Shown here: positions 36,238 to 45,841 of the stretch, in pieces | Position numbering within the stretch: position 1 is the stretch's first letter | Layout: the number at the start of each line of letters is the position of its first letter | Assembly: GCA_963796335.1 (NCBI GenBank) | Contig: CAWCLG010000006.1 | Span: forward strand, 950,939-1,014,938 | Length of the DNA: 64,000 nucleotides | From: an uncultured Gemmatimonadales bacterium | GTDB lineage: Bacteria > Gemmatimonadota > Gemmatimonadetes > Gemmatimonadales > GWC2-71-9 | Direction: 5' to 3' | Notes under the pieces: model-generated | What the model was told of the DNA's origin: nothing | The model's input: the letters and a program-made list of their open reading frames with translations, nothing else | The model's database searches: none | Position numbers and translations under genes: made by a program

Positions 36238-36266
36238 GGGGCTGGCGTTGATGCCGGCCCCTTTTT
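36238..36266 (+). terminator. intrinsic terminator with no upstream plus-strand CDS
   Basis: A 9-bp stem, GGGGCTGGC (36238-36246) paired with GCCGGCCCC (36253-36261), with one G-U pair and a 6-nt loop GTTGAT. It is followed by TTTTT (36262-36266). The reverse complement has no T tract. Confidence 0.6.
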
Positions 36267-36402
36267 GTATGTGGGGTGTCGTTCCTGGCGCAGACAGCGC
36301 CGCGGCACCCGAGCCACGCGCGGAGGCGAAATCCGCGCAAATCCGTAGTCGGTCGTGTGGCATGTCCCCACTCCGATTACACCATTTCAAGGAGTAGGAA
36401 AG

Positions 36403-36609
36403 ATGCGCACCACCGGCACGGTCAAGTGGTTCAATGACGCCAAGGGCTTCGGCTTCATCACCCCGGAGAACGGCGAGAAGGACTGCTTCGTCCATCATTC
36501 GGCGATCCAGGCACAGGGCTTCAAGAGCCTGGCCGAGGGTGACCGCGTAGAGTTCGACATCGTTCAGGGCCAGAAGGGCCCGGCGGCGGAGAACGTGTTG
36601 AAGCTGTAA
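36403..36609 (+). CDS. cspA: cold-shock protein, CspA family
   Basis: [65 protein letters not shown] contains the RNP1/RNP2 motifs. AAGGAG lies upstream of the ATG. Confidence 0.95.
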   Translation: MRTTGTVKWFNDAKGFGFITPENGEKDCFVHHSAIQAQGFKSLAEGDRVEFDIVQGQKGPAAENVLKL

Positions 36610-36722
36610 GCATGGTGTAATGGCGGCGGCCGGCTCGTCTTCGGACGGGCCGGCCGTTGCAGCCTCCGCCGGGACGAGTTCCGCAGTGTCAGCGCAGGGA
36701 CAGGCTCACCAGGAGGTCAGTC

Positions 36723-36875
36723 ATGGGAATCCTCGCGGTCATCCAGCAAAAGCTCCAATCCATCTTCGGTCGATCTCAGAAGGACGGGCAGCCTGACGCG
36801 GCCCGCGTCTGCAAGTACGGGCACGCGGTGTTCGCGGGCAACAATCTGTGCAATTACGGACATCACGCCGCCTAG
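36723..36875 (+). CDS. small Cys/His protein (50 aa), unknown function
   Basis: ATG 36723 follows AGGAGG. MGILAVIQQKLQSIFGRSQKDGQPDAARVCKYGHAVFAGNNLCNYGHHAA carries a duplicated C-x-Y-G-H motif. Confidence 0.45.
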   Translation: MGILAVIQQKLQSIFGRSQKDGQPDAARVCKYGHAVFAGNNLCNYGHHAA

Positions 36876-39149
36876 CTACGCCGGCACGCCCTCGTCCGTA
36901 AACCGCTGGTGCCGCTCCCGCGCGAACGCCATCAGCTCTCCGAACCGCGGCGTCGCCCGCACCCGCTCGAGAAACCGGTCGAACTTCGTGAAATAGACGT
37001 AGTCCACCCACCCCCGAACCCGGACCGCGTGCTCCAGCCAGCCTAGCGCCTGGCCCGTCTCCCCGACCAGCGCGTACGCCGCCGCCATCAGGTACGACCA
37101 GTACTCATCCGACTCCGCCATCGCCCGCTCCGCCGCGCTCGGCGGTGACAGCACGGCCGCCCCGATCCCCGTCAGCCCCCGCTTGAACCGCATCCCGATC
37201 GCCGCGAGGTTGTCGTCCGGCGGCTGGCGCTCCAGCCACTGGAAGTGCGTCGCCGCCTCCGCCTCGCGTCCCGCCGCCACCAGCGCGACCGCCGCGCAGA
37301 CCCGGCAGATCGTGCTCCGCGAATCCAGCTCCACCGCCCGGGCATGCGAGGGCAGGGCACCGGCGGCGTCGCCGCCGAACAGGTAGCTGAGCCCCAGCAG
37401 GCAGTGGTTGCTGGCCGTGAGCGGGTCCATCTCCACCAGCCGGGTCAGCACCTCCCGCATCGGCCCGATCCGGCCACCCAACAGGTACGCCCCCGCGAGC
37501 TGGTGCATCGCGTCGGGGTTGTTGGGGTCGGCCGCGCAGGCCTGGCTCAGCAGCCGGACGGCCTCGCCCGCCTGCCCTCGGCGATATGCCACCTGTCCCA
37601 TGATCGAGAGGCCCTGCGCCGAGCCCGGGTTCAGCTCGAAGGCGCGCCGGGCGCAGGCCTCCGCCTCCCGCAGCGTGGTCTCCTCGTCGGCGCCGATGAA
37701 CACCGGCGACCAGGCATAGACGGTCCCCAGGATCCCGTAGAGCGCCTCGTTGGGGCCGACTACGCTGAGGCCGTGCTCCGCCAGCGCTTTCGCCGCCTGG
37801 ATCCCCTCGGAGCTCTGCCGGTAGTACTCTTGCCGCGCGCGCTGGTAGTACTCGAACGCCCTGACGTCCGCCATCGGCCGGTCGGCGAGGTCGCGGTCCT
37901 CCGGCGGGGTGAGGGTGATCCGGAGCGCCTCCACGATCCTTCGCGAGAGCTGCTCCTGGAGGTCGAACACGTCCTCCACGGTGCCGGCGTACTTCTCCGA
38001 CCACAGGGGCGCGTCGGTCTCGATGTCGATCAGCTGGGCCGTGATCCGGAGCGCAGAGCCGGCCCGGCGGACGCTGCCCTCCAGCGCGTAGCGCACGCTC
38101 AGCTCGCGCCCCATCCGGCGGAGGTCCCAGCCGGTGTCCTTGAGCTTCGCGGACGAGGTGCGGGAGATCACCGTGAGCGCCCGGACCCTTGAGAGGTCGG
38201 CGATCACCTCTTCCATCAGGCCGTCGGCGAAATACGCGTCGCCCGGATCGGGGCTCAGGTTGGCGAACGGCAGCACCACGATCGCCTTCTTCGCCGGCGC
38301 GGCCTCGACGTCCGGGGCCTCCAGCGCCGCGAGGAACTCCGGGATCGCCGCGTAGCGGTCCGCCGCCACCTTGGATAGCGCGCGTTCCACCGCTCGCCGT
38401 ATCGATCCGGTCACGCCCGGCCGCAGCGTGGTGATCGGCGGCACCGGGTCGAGCACCTGCCGCGCCAGCACCGCGCCGGCGGTTGGTCCGGTGAAGGGCG
38501 GCTGCCCCGCGAGCAGCTCGTAGAGGACGCAGGCGAGGCCGTACTGGTCTGCCCGGCCATCCACATCGCGGCCGCCCTCGGCCTGCTCGGGACTCATGTA
38601 CGCCGGCGTGCCGAGGCCCACGCCGGCCTGGGTGAGCTGATGACCGGCCGCGTCGCCGACCGCGCGCGCGATCCCGAAATCCGCCACCAGGGCGTGCCCC
38701 TGGGAGAGCAGCACGTTCTCCGGCTTGACGTCGCGATGGATCAGCCCCTGGCCGTGGGCGTAGTGGAGCGCTTCGCCGATCTCCCGCACCAGGCGCAGCG
38801 CCTCCGGCATCGAGAGCGGGCCCTCGCGGGTGAGCCGCTGCCGCAGCGTCTCGCCCTCGACGAAGGGCATGACGTAGTACGGCCTGGGGGAGGCTTCGTC
38901 GGTGGCGCCGGAGTCGAGCAGGGCGAGGATGTTCGGGTGCTGGAGACGGGCCAGGATCTGGATCTCGAGCAGGAAGCGCTGGGCGCCGGCGCCGACCACG
39001 ATCTCCGGACGCATGACCTTGATGGCGACGGGGCGGTCGTGCTTGCGGTCGCGGGCGAGATAGACCACGGCCATCCCGCCCCGGCCCAGCTCGCGGTCCA
39101 GCGCGTAACGGTCCCCTAGCGCGAGGTCCTGGTCGGCAGGGTGTAGCAT
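36876..39149 (-). CDS. Ser/Thr protein kinase with a TolB-like module and TPR sensor region
   Basis: Kinase motifs GRGGMAVVY, VAIK, HRDVKPEN, DFG and GTPAYMSPEQ. Then AIVVLPFANLSPDPGDAYFADGLMEEVIADL...LRITAQLIDIETDAPLWSEKY, followed by TPR repeats. Confidence 0.9.
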   Translation of the reverse strand: MLHPADQDLALGDRYALDRELGRGGMAVVYLARDRKHDRPVAIKVMRPEIVVGAGAQRFLLEIQILARLQHPNILALLDSGATDEASPRPYYVMPFVEGETLRQRLTREGPLSMPEALRLVREIGEALHYAHGQGLIHRDVKPENVLLSQGHALVADFGIARAVGDAAGHQLTQAGVGLGTPAYMSPEQAEGGRDVDGRADQYGLACVLYELLAGQPPFTGPTAGAVLARQVLDPVPPITTLRPGVTGSIRRAVERALSKVAADRYAAIPEFLAALEAPDVEAAPAKKAIVVLPFANLSPDPGDAYFADGLMEEVIADLSRVRALTVISRTSSAKLKDTGWDLRRMGRELSVRYALEGSVRRAGSALRITAQLIDIETDAPLWSEKYAGTVEDVFDLQEQLSRRIVEALRITLTPPEDRDLADRPMADVRAFEYYQRARQEYYRQSSEGIQAAKALAEHGLSVVGPNEALYGILGTVYAWSPVFIGADEETTLREAEACARRAFELNPGSAQGLSIMGQVAYRRGQAGEAVRLLSQACAADPNNPDAMHQLAGAYLLGGRIGPMREVLTRLVEMDPLTASNHCLLGLSYLFGGDAAGALPSHARAVELDSRSTICRVCAAVALVAAGREAEAATHFQWLERQPPDDNLAAIGMRFKRGLTGIGAAVLSPPSAAERAMAESDEYWSYLMAAAYALVGETGQALGWLEHAVRVRGWVDYVYFTKFDRFLERVRATPRFGELMAFARERHQRFTDEGVPA

Positions 39150-39161
39150 GCCCGAAAACTA

Positions 39162-39247
39162 CTTCATCCCGAGCGCAGCGAGGGATCTTGCCTGGGGACG
39201 GTTCGAACCGTCCACGGGCAAGGTCCCTCGCTGTGCTCGGGATGAAG
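39162..39247. repeat. REP-like palindromic element (31-bp arms)
   Basis: CTTCATCCCGAGCGCAGCGAGGGATCTTGCC (39162-39192) pairs with GGCAAGGTCCCTCGCTGTGCTCGGGATGAAG (39217-39247). It belongs to the same family as 28446-28519. Confidence 0.85.
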
Positions 39248-39254
39248 GTGTGGT

Positions 39255-40388
39255 CTACTTCCGGTTAGCCAGCCGGCGAGCCCGGGCCAGGTGCTCCCGA
39301 ATCATCGGCAGCTCCTCCTCCGCCAGCTTCCGCGCCCCCGCCGGCCGCACCCGCTCTCCCTCCTTCTGGAAGTACGGCACCACCGACGCCAGGTGGTCGG
39401 CTACGATCTCGGCGTAGGTCCGGTCGAGATTCCGTTTGGACGCCTTCTCCAGCTTCTCGATCTTCTGCCCGTGGTTCTTGCCCAGATGCGAGGGCTCCTT
39501 GATGTCGTACCGGCCTGCCAGGTTCTCCCAGCGGTCCGACCAATCCTCGAAGTCCTCCTCCATCTCCTTCGCGAACTTGCGGATCTCGTCGCTCTGGCCC
39601 TGGCGCTGCGCCCGCTCCGCCAGCCGGATATGCATCTCGTGGTCCTGCAGCACGTTCTGGATGAACGCGCGGTCTTCTGCCCGCAGCGCCGCGCGGTCGC
39701 CCTTGCGGTCGTCGCGATCGTTGCCGGATGTGCGGTCGGTCGTAGTGCGCCGGCGGTCGTCGTTATTCGGCGAGGTCCGGAAGGTGTCACTGCCGACCCG
39801 TCCCGCGGTCGTCGAGACGCCCACCTGGCTCCCAACCTGCCGCGCGAGGGTCAGGTGGTCCCGAACCGTCGATGAGCTGCTGGTCGCCAGCGCCCGCAGG
39901 TCGGACGAGCGGGACGAACTCCCGATCCGCTGGAAGTCGGCCAGGGCCTGCTCGTGCAGCCGGATCATCTCCGACATGTAGGCCTGATCGAACTCCGCCC
40001 CGCGGAGGTCCTCGAACCGGTCGTTGGCCTCTTTCCCGGCCTGGGTGATGTCGTCGAGGCCGAGCTTCATTTCGTTCTTCTTGGCGAGATCGCCCCACTG
40101 GTCATTCATCTCGTTGTGGTCCTCGACCATTCGCTCAGCGAAGTCCTTCACCGCGGAGTTCTCGGTGCGGGATTCCGCCGACCGGCCGAGCCCGACTTCG
40201 ACGTAGTTGCTGTGGATGACCTGGCGGATGAACGCGGTGTCGGAGGCTTGCGAGGTGGGGGTGACCTTCCCCGCGCCCGGCCATGGATTATTGACCGGTT
40301 CCCTATTGGAGGTCACTTGGGCAAACGCGTTTGGGACGGTGATGAGCGCCGCGGCCAGCGCGGTTGTGATCGGTATCACTTTTCGCAT
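39255..40388 (-). CDS. secreted protein with two DUF4142 domains
   Basis: Signal peptide MRKVIPITTALAAALITVPNAFA. Two copies of the F(I)xxV...E(V/I)xLxxxA...FAxxMxxDH pattern occur, separated by an R/D/T-rich linker. Confidence 0.75.
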   Translation of the reverse strand: MRKVIPITTALAAALITVPNAFAQVTSNREPVNNPWPGAGKVTPTSQASDTAFIRQVIHSNYVEVGLGRSAESRTENSAVKDFAERMVEDHNEMNDQWGDLAKKNEMKLGLDDITQAGKEANDRFEDLRGAEFDQAYMSEMIRLHEQALADFQRIGSSSRSSDLRALATSSSSTVRDHLTLARQVGSQVGVSTTAGRVGSDTFRTSPNNDDRRRTTTDRTSGNDRDDRKGDRAALRAEDRAFIQNVLQDHEMHIRLAERAQRQGQSDEIRKFAKEMEEDFEDWSDRWENLAGRYDIKEPSHLGKNHGQKIEKLEKASKRNLDRTYAEIVADHLASVVPYFQKEGERVRPAGARKLAEEELPMIREHLARARRLANRK

Positions 40389-40543
40389 ATGACTTCTCCT
40401 CAGCAAAGGCCTGAGATCCTTGGACGTGGTCCAGAGATCGGAACAGGCGGTATGCTGAAGCAGCATCCGTGCCTGCTGGACCGAGGTGGCTCCAGGAGTT
40501 TATGGGGAAAGTCGTTACGGCGATGTGGGCGCCAGCACAATGG

Positions 40544-41419
40544 CTACTGGCCTCGGCGCGCGGCGATCCGGGCCTCCGCACCGGCCCATCCCGCCTCGAA
40601 CGGATGACCCGGCGCATCGATGTCGATCACCAGCGGCGCATGGTCGGATGGGATCGGCTTGCCCTTCCGCGCCTCCCGGTCGATCTCCGCCCCCACCGTT
40701 CGATCCGCCACGGCCCGCGTCACCAGCAGGTGATCGATCCGCATCCCGAAGTTCTTGTGGAACGCGCCCGCCCGATAATCCCACCAGGTGTAGCGGCCGG
40801 GCTCCGGGTGCTTCAGCCGATAGGCATCCACCAGTCCCCACTCCCGGAGACGGGAGAACGCCTGGCGCTCCGCCGGAGACACGTGGGTCCCGCCGTGGCA
40901 GCGCGCCGGATCCCACACGTCCTCGTCGGCCGGGGCGACGTTGAAGTCACCGCCGAGCACCAGCGGCTCGGCGGGATCGCTCGCGGTCTCCAGCCAACGG
41001 GCGAGCCGGGCGTACCACCCCAGCTTCGCCTGGTAGAACGTCGAGCCGACCGACCGGCCGTTCGGCGCGTAGAGCGACACGACCCGCACGCCGCCACACC
41101 TCGCGGCGACCATCCGGGCTTCGGCCAAAGGCTCGTCGTCCCCCGTCTCCGAAGTCTGGGCCGGACGCAGGGGCTCGCCGAAGTTGGCTATGACGTCCTC
41201 AATGCCGACACGGCTCGCGACCGCCACGCCGTTCCACTGGCCTTCGCCATGATGGGCCAGCTCGTAGCCGGCCTCGCGGAACGCCGCGACCGGCGCCTCG
41301 GCGTCCGCCAGCTTGGTCTCCTGCATCAGGAGCACGTCCGGCCGCGCCCGCTGTAGCCACCAGGTGACTTTCTCGAGCCGCGCCTTCAGCGAGTTGACGT
41401 TCCAGGTAGCGATCCGCAT
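40544..41419 (-). CDS. xth: exodeoxyribonuclease III (AP endonuclease, Xth family)
   Basis: MRIATWNVNSLKARLEKVTWWL...PDVLLMQETK...GDFNVAP...WWDYRAGAF...GMRIDHLL...PSDHAPLVIDI. Confidence 0.9.
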   Translation of the reverse strand: MRIATWNVNSLKARLEKVTWWLQRARPDVLLMQETKLADAEAPVAAFREAGYELAHHGEGQWNGVAVASRVGIEDVIANFGEPLRPAQTSETGDDEPLAEARMVAARCGGVRVVSLYAPNGRSVGSTFYQAKLGWYARLARWLETASDPAEPLVLGGDFNVAPADEDVWDPARCHGGTHVSPAERQAFSRLREWGLVDAYRLKHPEPGRYTWWDYRAGAFHKNFGMRIDHLLVTRAVADRTVGAEIDREARKGKPIPSDHAPLVIDIDAPGHPFEAGWAGAEARIAARRGQ

Positions 41420-41548
41420 TTGCTGGAAACTTATCACGTCGGTGGCGGGAGACTCAGCCGCGCGAAAAGGATGATGGGTAGGGTGCTCCTCAGCCGTACT
41501 GTGACAGGTGGTTTCCCCTTGCCAAGCTCCCACCGCCGAGACGAACGT

Positions 41549-42090
41549 ATGGGTATGGCAGCTCCGATCTACTACACGGCCGACATGGCCCGGGCGATGC
41601 CGGACGACGGCAATCGCTACGAAGTCGTGTACGGCGAGCTGCTGGTGACGCCAGCGCCGCGTGCCTGGCACCAAGTTCTGGTCTTTCGTCTCCAGCTTGC
41701 GCTCAACGCGTACCTCGAGCACGAGACCTCGGGCATCGTTCTCGCCTCGAGGAAGCGAAGACGTTGGAATGGAGCCGGATGCGTACGCTTCTGCTGGTGG
41801 CCGAAGTGCTCAGTCCGTCGACGGCCCGGAACGACCGGTTCCTGAAGCGCCTGCGTTACCGGCAGGCCCGCGTACCGGTGTATTGGGTGGTGGATGGTGA
41901 CGAGCGTGCGGTCGAGGTCTGGACACCGGGGGACGATTTTCCACTGGTGGAGCGGGAGCGGCTTGTTTGGCAGTCGGCGGGTGCGCTCAATCGCTTTGAG
42001 CTGAGTCTCGACGCCCTGTTCCGGCTGCTGTTGCCGGTCAACGAGTCACCCTTTCGCTGCCAGCACCCCAGCCAGCCCCGCGATCAGTAG
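41549..42090 (+). pseudogene. Uma2-family endonuclease with an internal deletion and frame change
   Basis: The N-terminus MGMAAPIYYTADMARAMPDDGNRYEVVYGELLVTPAP...EHETSGIVLAS jumps directly to EEAKTLEWSRMRTLLLVAEVLSPSTARNDRF in another frame near 41745-41760. The SPADISWG...PDVFVVP segment seen in the two intact paralogs is missing. Confidence 0.7.
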
Positions 42091-43194
42091 CCCAGCCAGC
42101 CCGATGATCGCCACGCCCGCCCGAAGCGTCAGCACCTCGCCGATCATCCCGATCAGCGGCGGTCCGGCCACGAAGCCGGTGTAGCCGATCGATGAGACCA
42201 GCGCGATCGAGCTCGACGCCGGCGCGCCCGGCGTCCGCCCCGCTGCCGCCACGAGCGTTGGGTAGATCGACGACAGCCCCGCGCCGACCAGCCCGAATCC
42301 GGCCACCCCGGCCCATGGCTCCCGGTGCAGCACCGCCAGCGCGATCCCCGCCGCCGCCATCGCACCGCCCAGGCGGACCAGCCGCGCCGGGCCGAGCCGC
42401 ACGGTCAGCCCGTCGCCGACGAAGCGGCCGGCGGCCATCATCAACGAGAACGCCGCGTAGCCTGCCGCCGCTTCCGCGGGCCGCGCGCCGGCCGCGTCGC
42501 GCAGGTAGATCGTGCTCCAGTCGGCCACCGCGCCCTCGCTGAACAGCACGCAGAAGGCCAGCACGCCGAGGAAGATCAAGGGACGGGCGAGCGCCGCGCG
42601 GCCTTCGTGCGGGGACGAGGGCTCGGCTCCGGACTCCAGCAGAAACGGCCCGGTGGCCAGCGCCAGCACGGCGACCGCGAGTCCCGCGACGCCCAGATGC
42701 GTGGCGCCCCCTATCCCCGCCTCGGCGACCAGGCCTCCGAGTCCCGCGCCGATCAATCCGCCGAGGCTGAACAGGGCATGCACTCCGGCCATGATCGGGC
42801 GACCCAGCTGGCGCTCTACCTCGGAGGCCTGGGTGTTGTACGAGACGGCCATCACGCTGCCGGCCATGCCGAGGACCAGCAGAACCAGCGCGAGGAGGAA
42901 CGGTGTCGGCGCGTGGGGCGGTGCAGCCAGGGCGAGACCGACGCTGAAGAGCGCGCCGAGCCCGACGCGGCGGCTGCCGAACCGGGCGATCAGCGCGGCG
43001 GAGAGCGGGAAGGCCAGCAGGCCTCCGACCGCCATGCCGAGCAGGGTGACGCCGAGCTCTCCCTCGGAGAGGGCGAGGCGGCGCTGCGCGTCGGGGATGC
43101 GCACGACCCAGCTGGCGAAGCCGACGCCGAGCAACAGCAGGCCGGCGCTGATTGCCGCGCGCGCGGCTGGAACTTTCGGTGGGGTGGCGCTCAA
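42046..43194 (-). CDS. MFS-type transporter
   Basis: 382 aa with about 12 hydrophobic spans and a GxLxxRFGxRR-like loop (ARFGSRRVG). The ORF is intact. Confidence 0.8.
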   Translation of the reverse strand: MSATPPKVPAARAAISAGLLLLGVGFASWVVRIPDAQRRLALSEGELGVTLLGMAVGGLLAFPLSAALIARFGSRRVGLGALFSVGLALAAPPHAPTPFLLALVLLVLGMAGSVMAVSYNTQASEVERQLGRPIMAGVHALFSLGGLIGAGLGGLVAEAGIGGATHLGVAGLAVAVLALATGPFLLESGAEPSSPHEGRAALARPLIFLGVLAFCVLFSEGAVADWSTIYLRDAAGARPAEAAAGYAAFSLMMAAGRFVGDGLTVRLGPARLVRLGGAMAAAGIALAVLHREPWAGVAGFGLVGAGLSSIYPTLVAAAGRTPGAPASSSIALVSSIGYTGFVAGPPLIGMIGEVLTLRAGVAIIGLAGLLIAGLAGVLAAKG

Positions 43195-43244
43195 GGTTTG
43201 GGAGTGAGGGTTGTGCGAATATGCCCTCGGCGCCCTCGCCTTGC

Positions 43245-44282
43245 CTAGTCGGTCAGCTCCGCGTAGCGGTCGTAGGTCGTGGGATCGTCGCTCCGGCCCC
43301 GGAACTCGAACGGATAGAACTGGTTCTTCCGCTCCAGCATAAGGCCGTAGGACGCGCCGGCCTCTACGCTGGCCTCCGCGGCGGCAGCGGCGGAGGACCC
43401 GGTGCGGTCGTCCTCATTGCAGACGATGGGCTTGCCAGGGTGTTCCCGCTTCAGCGCCTTGATACGGCCGGGTATTTCCGAGAGGGACAGGTTATTGAAG
43501 TGGACCAGGATGAAATCCGCGGCATCGGCTACCCGTTGGGTGACGTCGCCATTGCGCATCCAGCTGGCCGACACCTGAAGCGAGGGATGCCGGTTCTTCG
43601 CCAGGCGGATGAGGCTCGCCACGCCGGCGTCGGTCCGGAGGATGCCGTGGTCGAAGCCCTGGTGCCCGTACTCGTTAACGACCTCCAGGATCACGTTCTT
43701 GTACCCGCGCTTGCGGATCCAGTCCACGGCGTTTTCGACTCCGGAGCGAACGGCCTCGTCGCCCGACAGCTCCTCGTCCTGGCGCTGGTAGAAGAGACTC
43801 AGGATGATAACGGCTCCGACTTCGTCGGCCTCTTCGATGACTCGCTCCACCCTATCGAGGTAGGAGGCCTTCAAGTCGCCATTCTTCAGGAACGCGGAGT
43901 TCCGAGCGCCTTCGTAGCCCGGGTAGCCGCCCTGGAGCGAGACGGTGAAGGCACGGACGCCATGGGACACATACTCGTCCATCCGGCCTACGAACTCACC
44001 TGTATTGCGCTCGGGGTCGAAAGCGGATCGTTCGGAATCCTCGAAGACCGAGTTCACCATGCGCACGTTCATGAGCCCGCCCTGGGCCGCCGCGCCAGGA
44101 TAGGTAACGGCACCATTGATCTTGAACCGGTCGCCATCGATCGTGACGCGCGTCCGCCCTATCGAGCTCGCCAGGGGTCCGGAGTCCTGGATGCCTTCCT
44201 TCCCATCGTCCGGCCGCGTCGGCTCAGCGCAGGACGCAAGAAGCGCGATGCCGAGCAGTCTGGTGCTTCGAGTGGACAGCAT
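43245..44282 (-). CDS. lipoprotein, TIM-barrel glycoside-hydrolase-like (GH5/cellulase-like)
   Basis: Lipobox LLGIALLASC. ILEVVNEYGH resembles the GH5 acid/base NE motif. The family call is tentative. Confidence 0.5.
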   Translation of the reverse strand: MLSTRSTRLLGIALLASCAEPTRPDDGKEGIQDSGPLASSIGRTRVTIDGDRFKINGAVTYPGAAAQGGLMNVRMVNSVFEDSERSAFDPERNTGEFVGRMDEYVSHGVRAFTVSLQGGYPGYEGARNSAFLKNGDLKASYLDRVERVIEEADEVGAVIILSLFYQRQDEELSGDEAVRSGVENAVDWIRKRGYKNVILEVVNEYGHQGFDHGILRTDAGVASLIRLAKNRHPSLQVSASWMRNGDVTQRVADAADFILVHFNNLSLSEIPGRIKALKREHPGKPIVCNEDDRTGSSAAAAAEASVEAGASYGLMLERKNQFYPFEFRGRSDDPTTYDRYAELTD

Positions 44283-44285
44283 GGA

Positions 44286-45575
44286 TCAACCTCCGTTGAC
44301 GACGGTGCCGTCGCAGGCCACGTAGCGCTCGGTTACCGCCGCGAAGAGTCGCTCCAGCGACTCCCGATCGACCTCGGCGCGCTTGGAATCGGGGGTGCGG
44401 CCGTTGAAGGAGAGCAGCAGGTCCAAGGAAGGGACCACCAGCACCCAGTTCAGGCCGGAGCCGGTGGTGCGGTACATGTCGGCCGGGTACTTCTTGCCCC
44501 AGTGGCAGTCGCGGTTGCCGCGGATGTTGGGATACGAGGTGGACTGGGTGAAGCGCCGGAGCCACGAGGCGGCGAAGATCCGCCGGCCGTTCCACACGCC
44601 CTCGTTCAGCATGAGGTAGCCGACCCGCATGAAGTCGCGAGCGCCTAGGAGCGCGTTGCCGGCCGCGGCGAACCTGGTGTCGCCCATGCCGCCGCTCATC
44701 TTGTAGGCCGTGCGCCCGACGCCGATGGGCTTGAACAGCGCCTGCTCCAGGTAAGCGCCGGCCTCTTTGCCGGTCACGTTGCGGAAGATCAGGCTGAGAT
44801 GATTGAAGGCGACGCTGGAATACGCGCTGCCCTTGCCATAGGACGACGTCTGGCCGGGCGAGTAGGCGAGCTGCGCGCTCTGCGGCCATTGAGCGTCCTT
44901 CCCGACGGTGAACGGCTCGAAGTTCCAGCTCGATTCGGTCTGCACGGCCCCGGACGCGATCTGGTGCTGGCTCTCGGGGATGATGCCTGAGGCGTGCCGG
45001 AACACGTGGTCGAATGTGATCGCCGTCTTCCTGCTGTCGGTGAGCGGAAAGCCCTGCGGCAGCCAGCGCTGGTCGTAGAGCTTATCCGTGGCGGTGATGC
45101 CCAGCTGGGGATAGCTCTGCGCCATGTGGCCGGCGAGCAGCATGGCGAACGTCTTGCCGTTCGACGCGGTGTAGTAGAGCGCCTTGTTGGCGCCGGCCTC
45201 GTTGTAGTACTCGCCGACGACCCAGCCGCCCTTCACCACGATGGCGGCCTTGTTGGACGCCTTGAAGCCGCTCACGCCCGTGGAGTAGTTCTGGTAGGGC
45301 AAGGACATCAGGTAGTCGCCCAAATCATCGAGCCGGCTGGGATCGATGCCGAGGTCCTCGACTCGGGCGTCGCTGGTCGTGGCGCGCCAGCCTCCGCTGC
45401 TCTCGGGCGGCGGGTAGTAGCTGGAGGCTGCGGCGGCGGTGTGGCGATTCGGGCCCTCGGTCGGCTCCAGGGGCCGCTGTGGCTCGCATGCGAGGAGCAG
45501 CATGGTGGCACAGGAGGCGAGTGCCGGGCGAGCCGCGGGGGCCACGGATGAGGACGTGGGGGGCATAGACTCCAT
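44286..45575 (-). CDS. beta-lactamase-family serine hydrolase (lipoprotein)
   Basis: The SxxK motif is YYTASNGKTFAML. The signal/lipobox reads ALASCATMLLLAC. ATG 45575 follows AAGGAA. The stop lies 3 bp from the start of the next gene. Confidence 0.75.
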   Translation of the reverse strand: MESMPPTSSSVAPAARPALASCATMLLLACEPQRPLEPTEGPNRHTAAAASSYYPPPESSGGWRATTSDARVEDLGIDPSRLDDLGDYLMSLPYQNYSTGVSGFKASNKAAIVVKGGWVVGEYYNEAGANKALYYTASNGKTFAMLLAGHMAQSYPQLGITATDKLYDQRWLPQGFPLTDSRKTAITFDHVFRHASGIIPESQHQIASGAVQTESSWNFEPFTVGKDAQWPQSAQLAYSPGQTSSYGKGSAYSSVAFNHLSLIFRNVTGKEAGAYLEQALFKPIGVGRTAYKMSGGMGDTRFAAAGNALLGARDFMRVGYLMLNEGVWNGRRIFAASWLRRFTQSTSYPNIRGNRDCHWGKKYPADMYRTTGSGLNWVLVVPSLDLLLSFNGRTPDSKRAEVDRESLERLFAAVTERYVACDGTVVNGG

Positions 45576-45841
45576 TCCTTGATTTCGGCAGGAGTCATCC
45601 CCGGCGTTACGCCCGGTATGGAACTCCGCAGCGAGTGGAGGGGGCAAAGTCGGGGATCGGATGGCATGGAGCTATGATGGGGATCACCAAAGCCGGGCTT
45701 TTCACCGAATTCACCCGCCAGGGAGCAAATGCCCGCTTGACACCGGCTTGACAGCCGCGTCCCACTCTCCTCTCTTGGGGCCACTCCCGCACCCACATCT
45801 CATCCCAAGACCGTGCCCCGCCCACGCGAGGGAAAGTCCAG

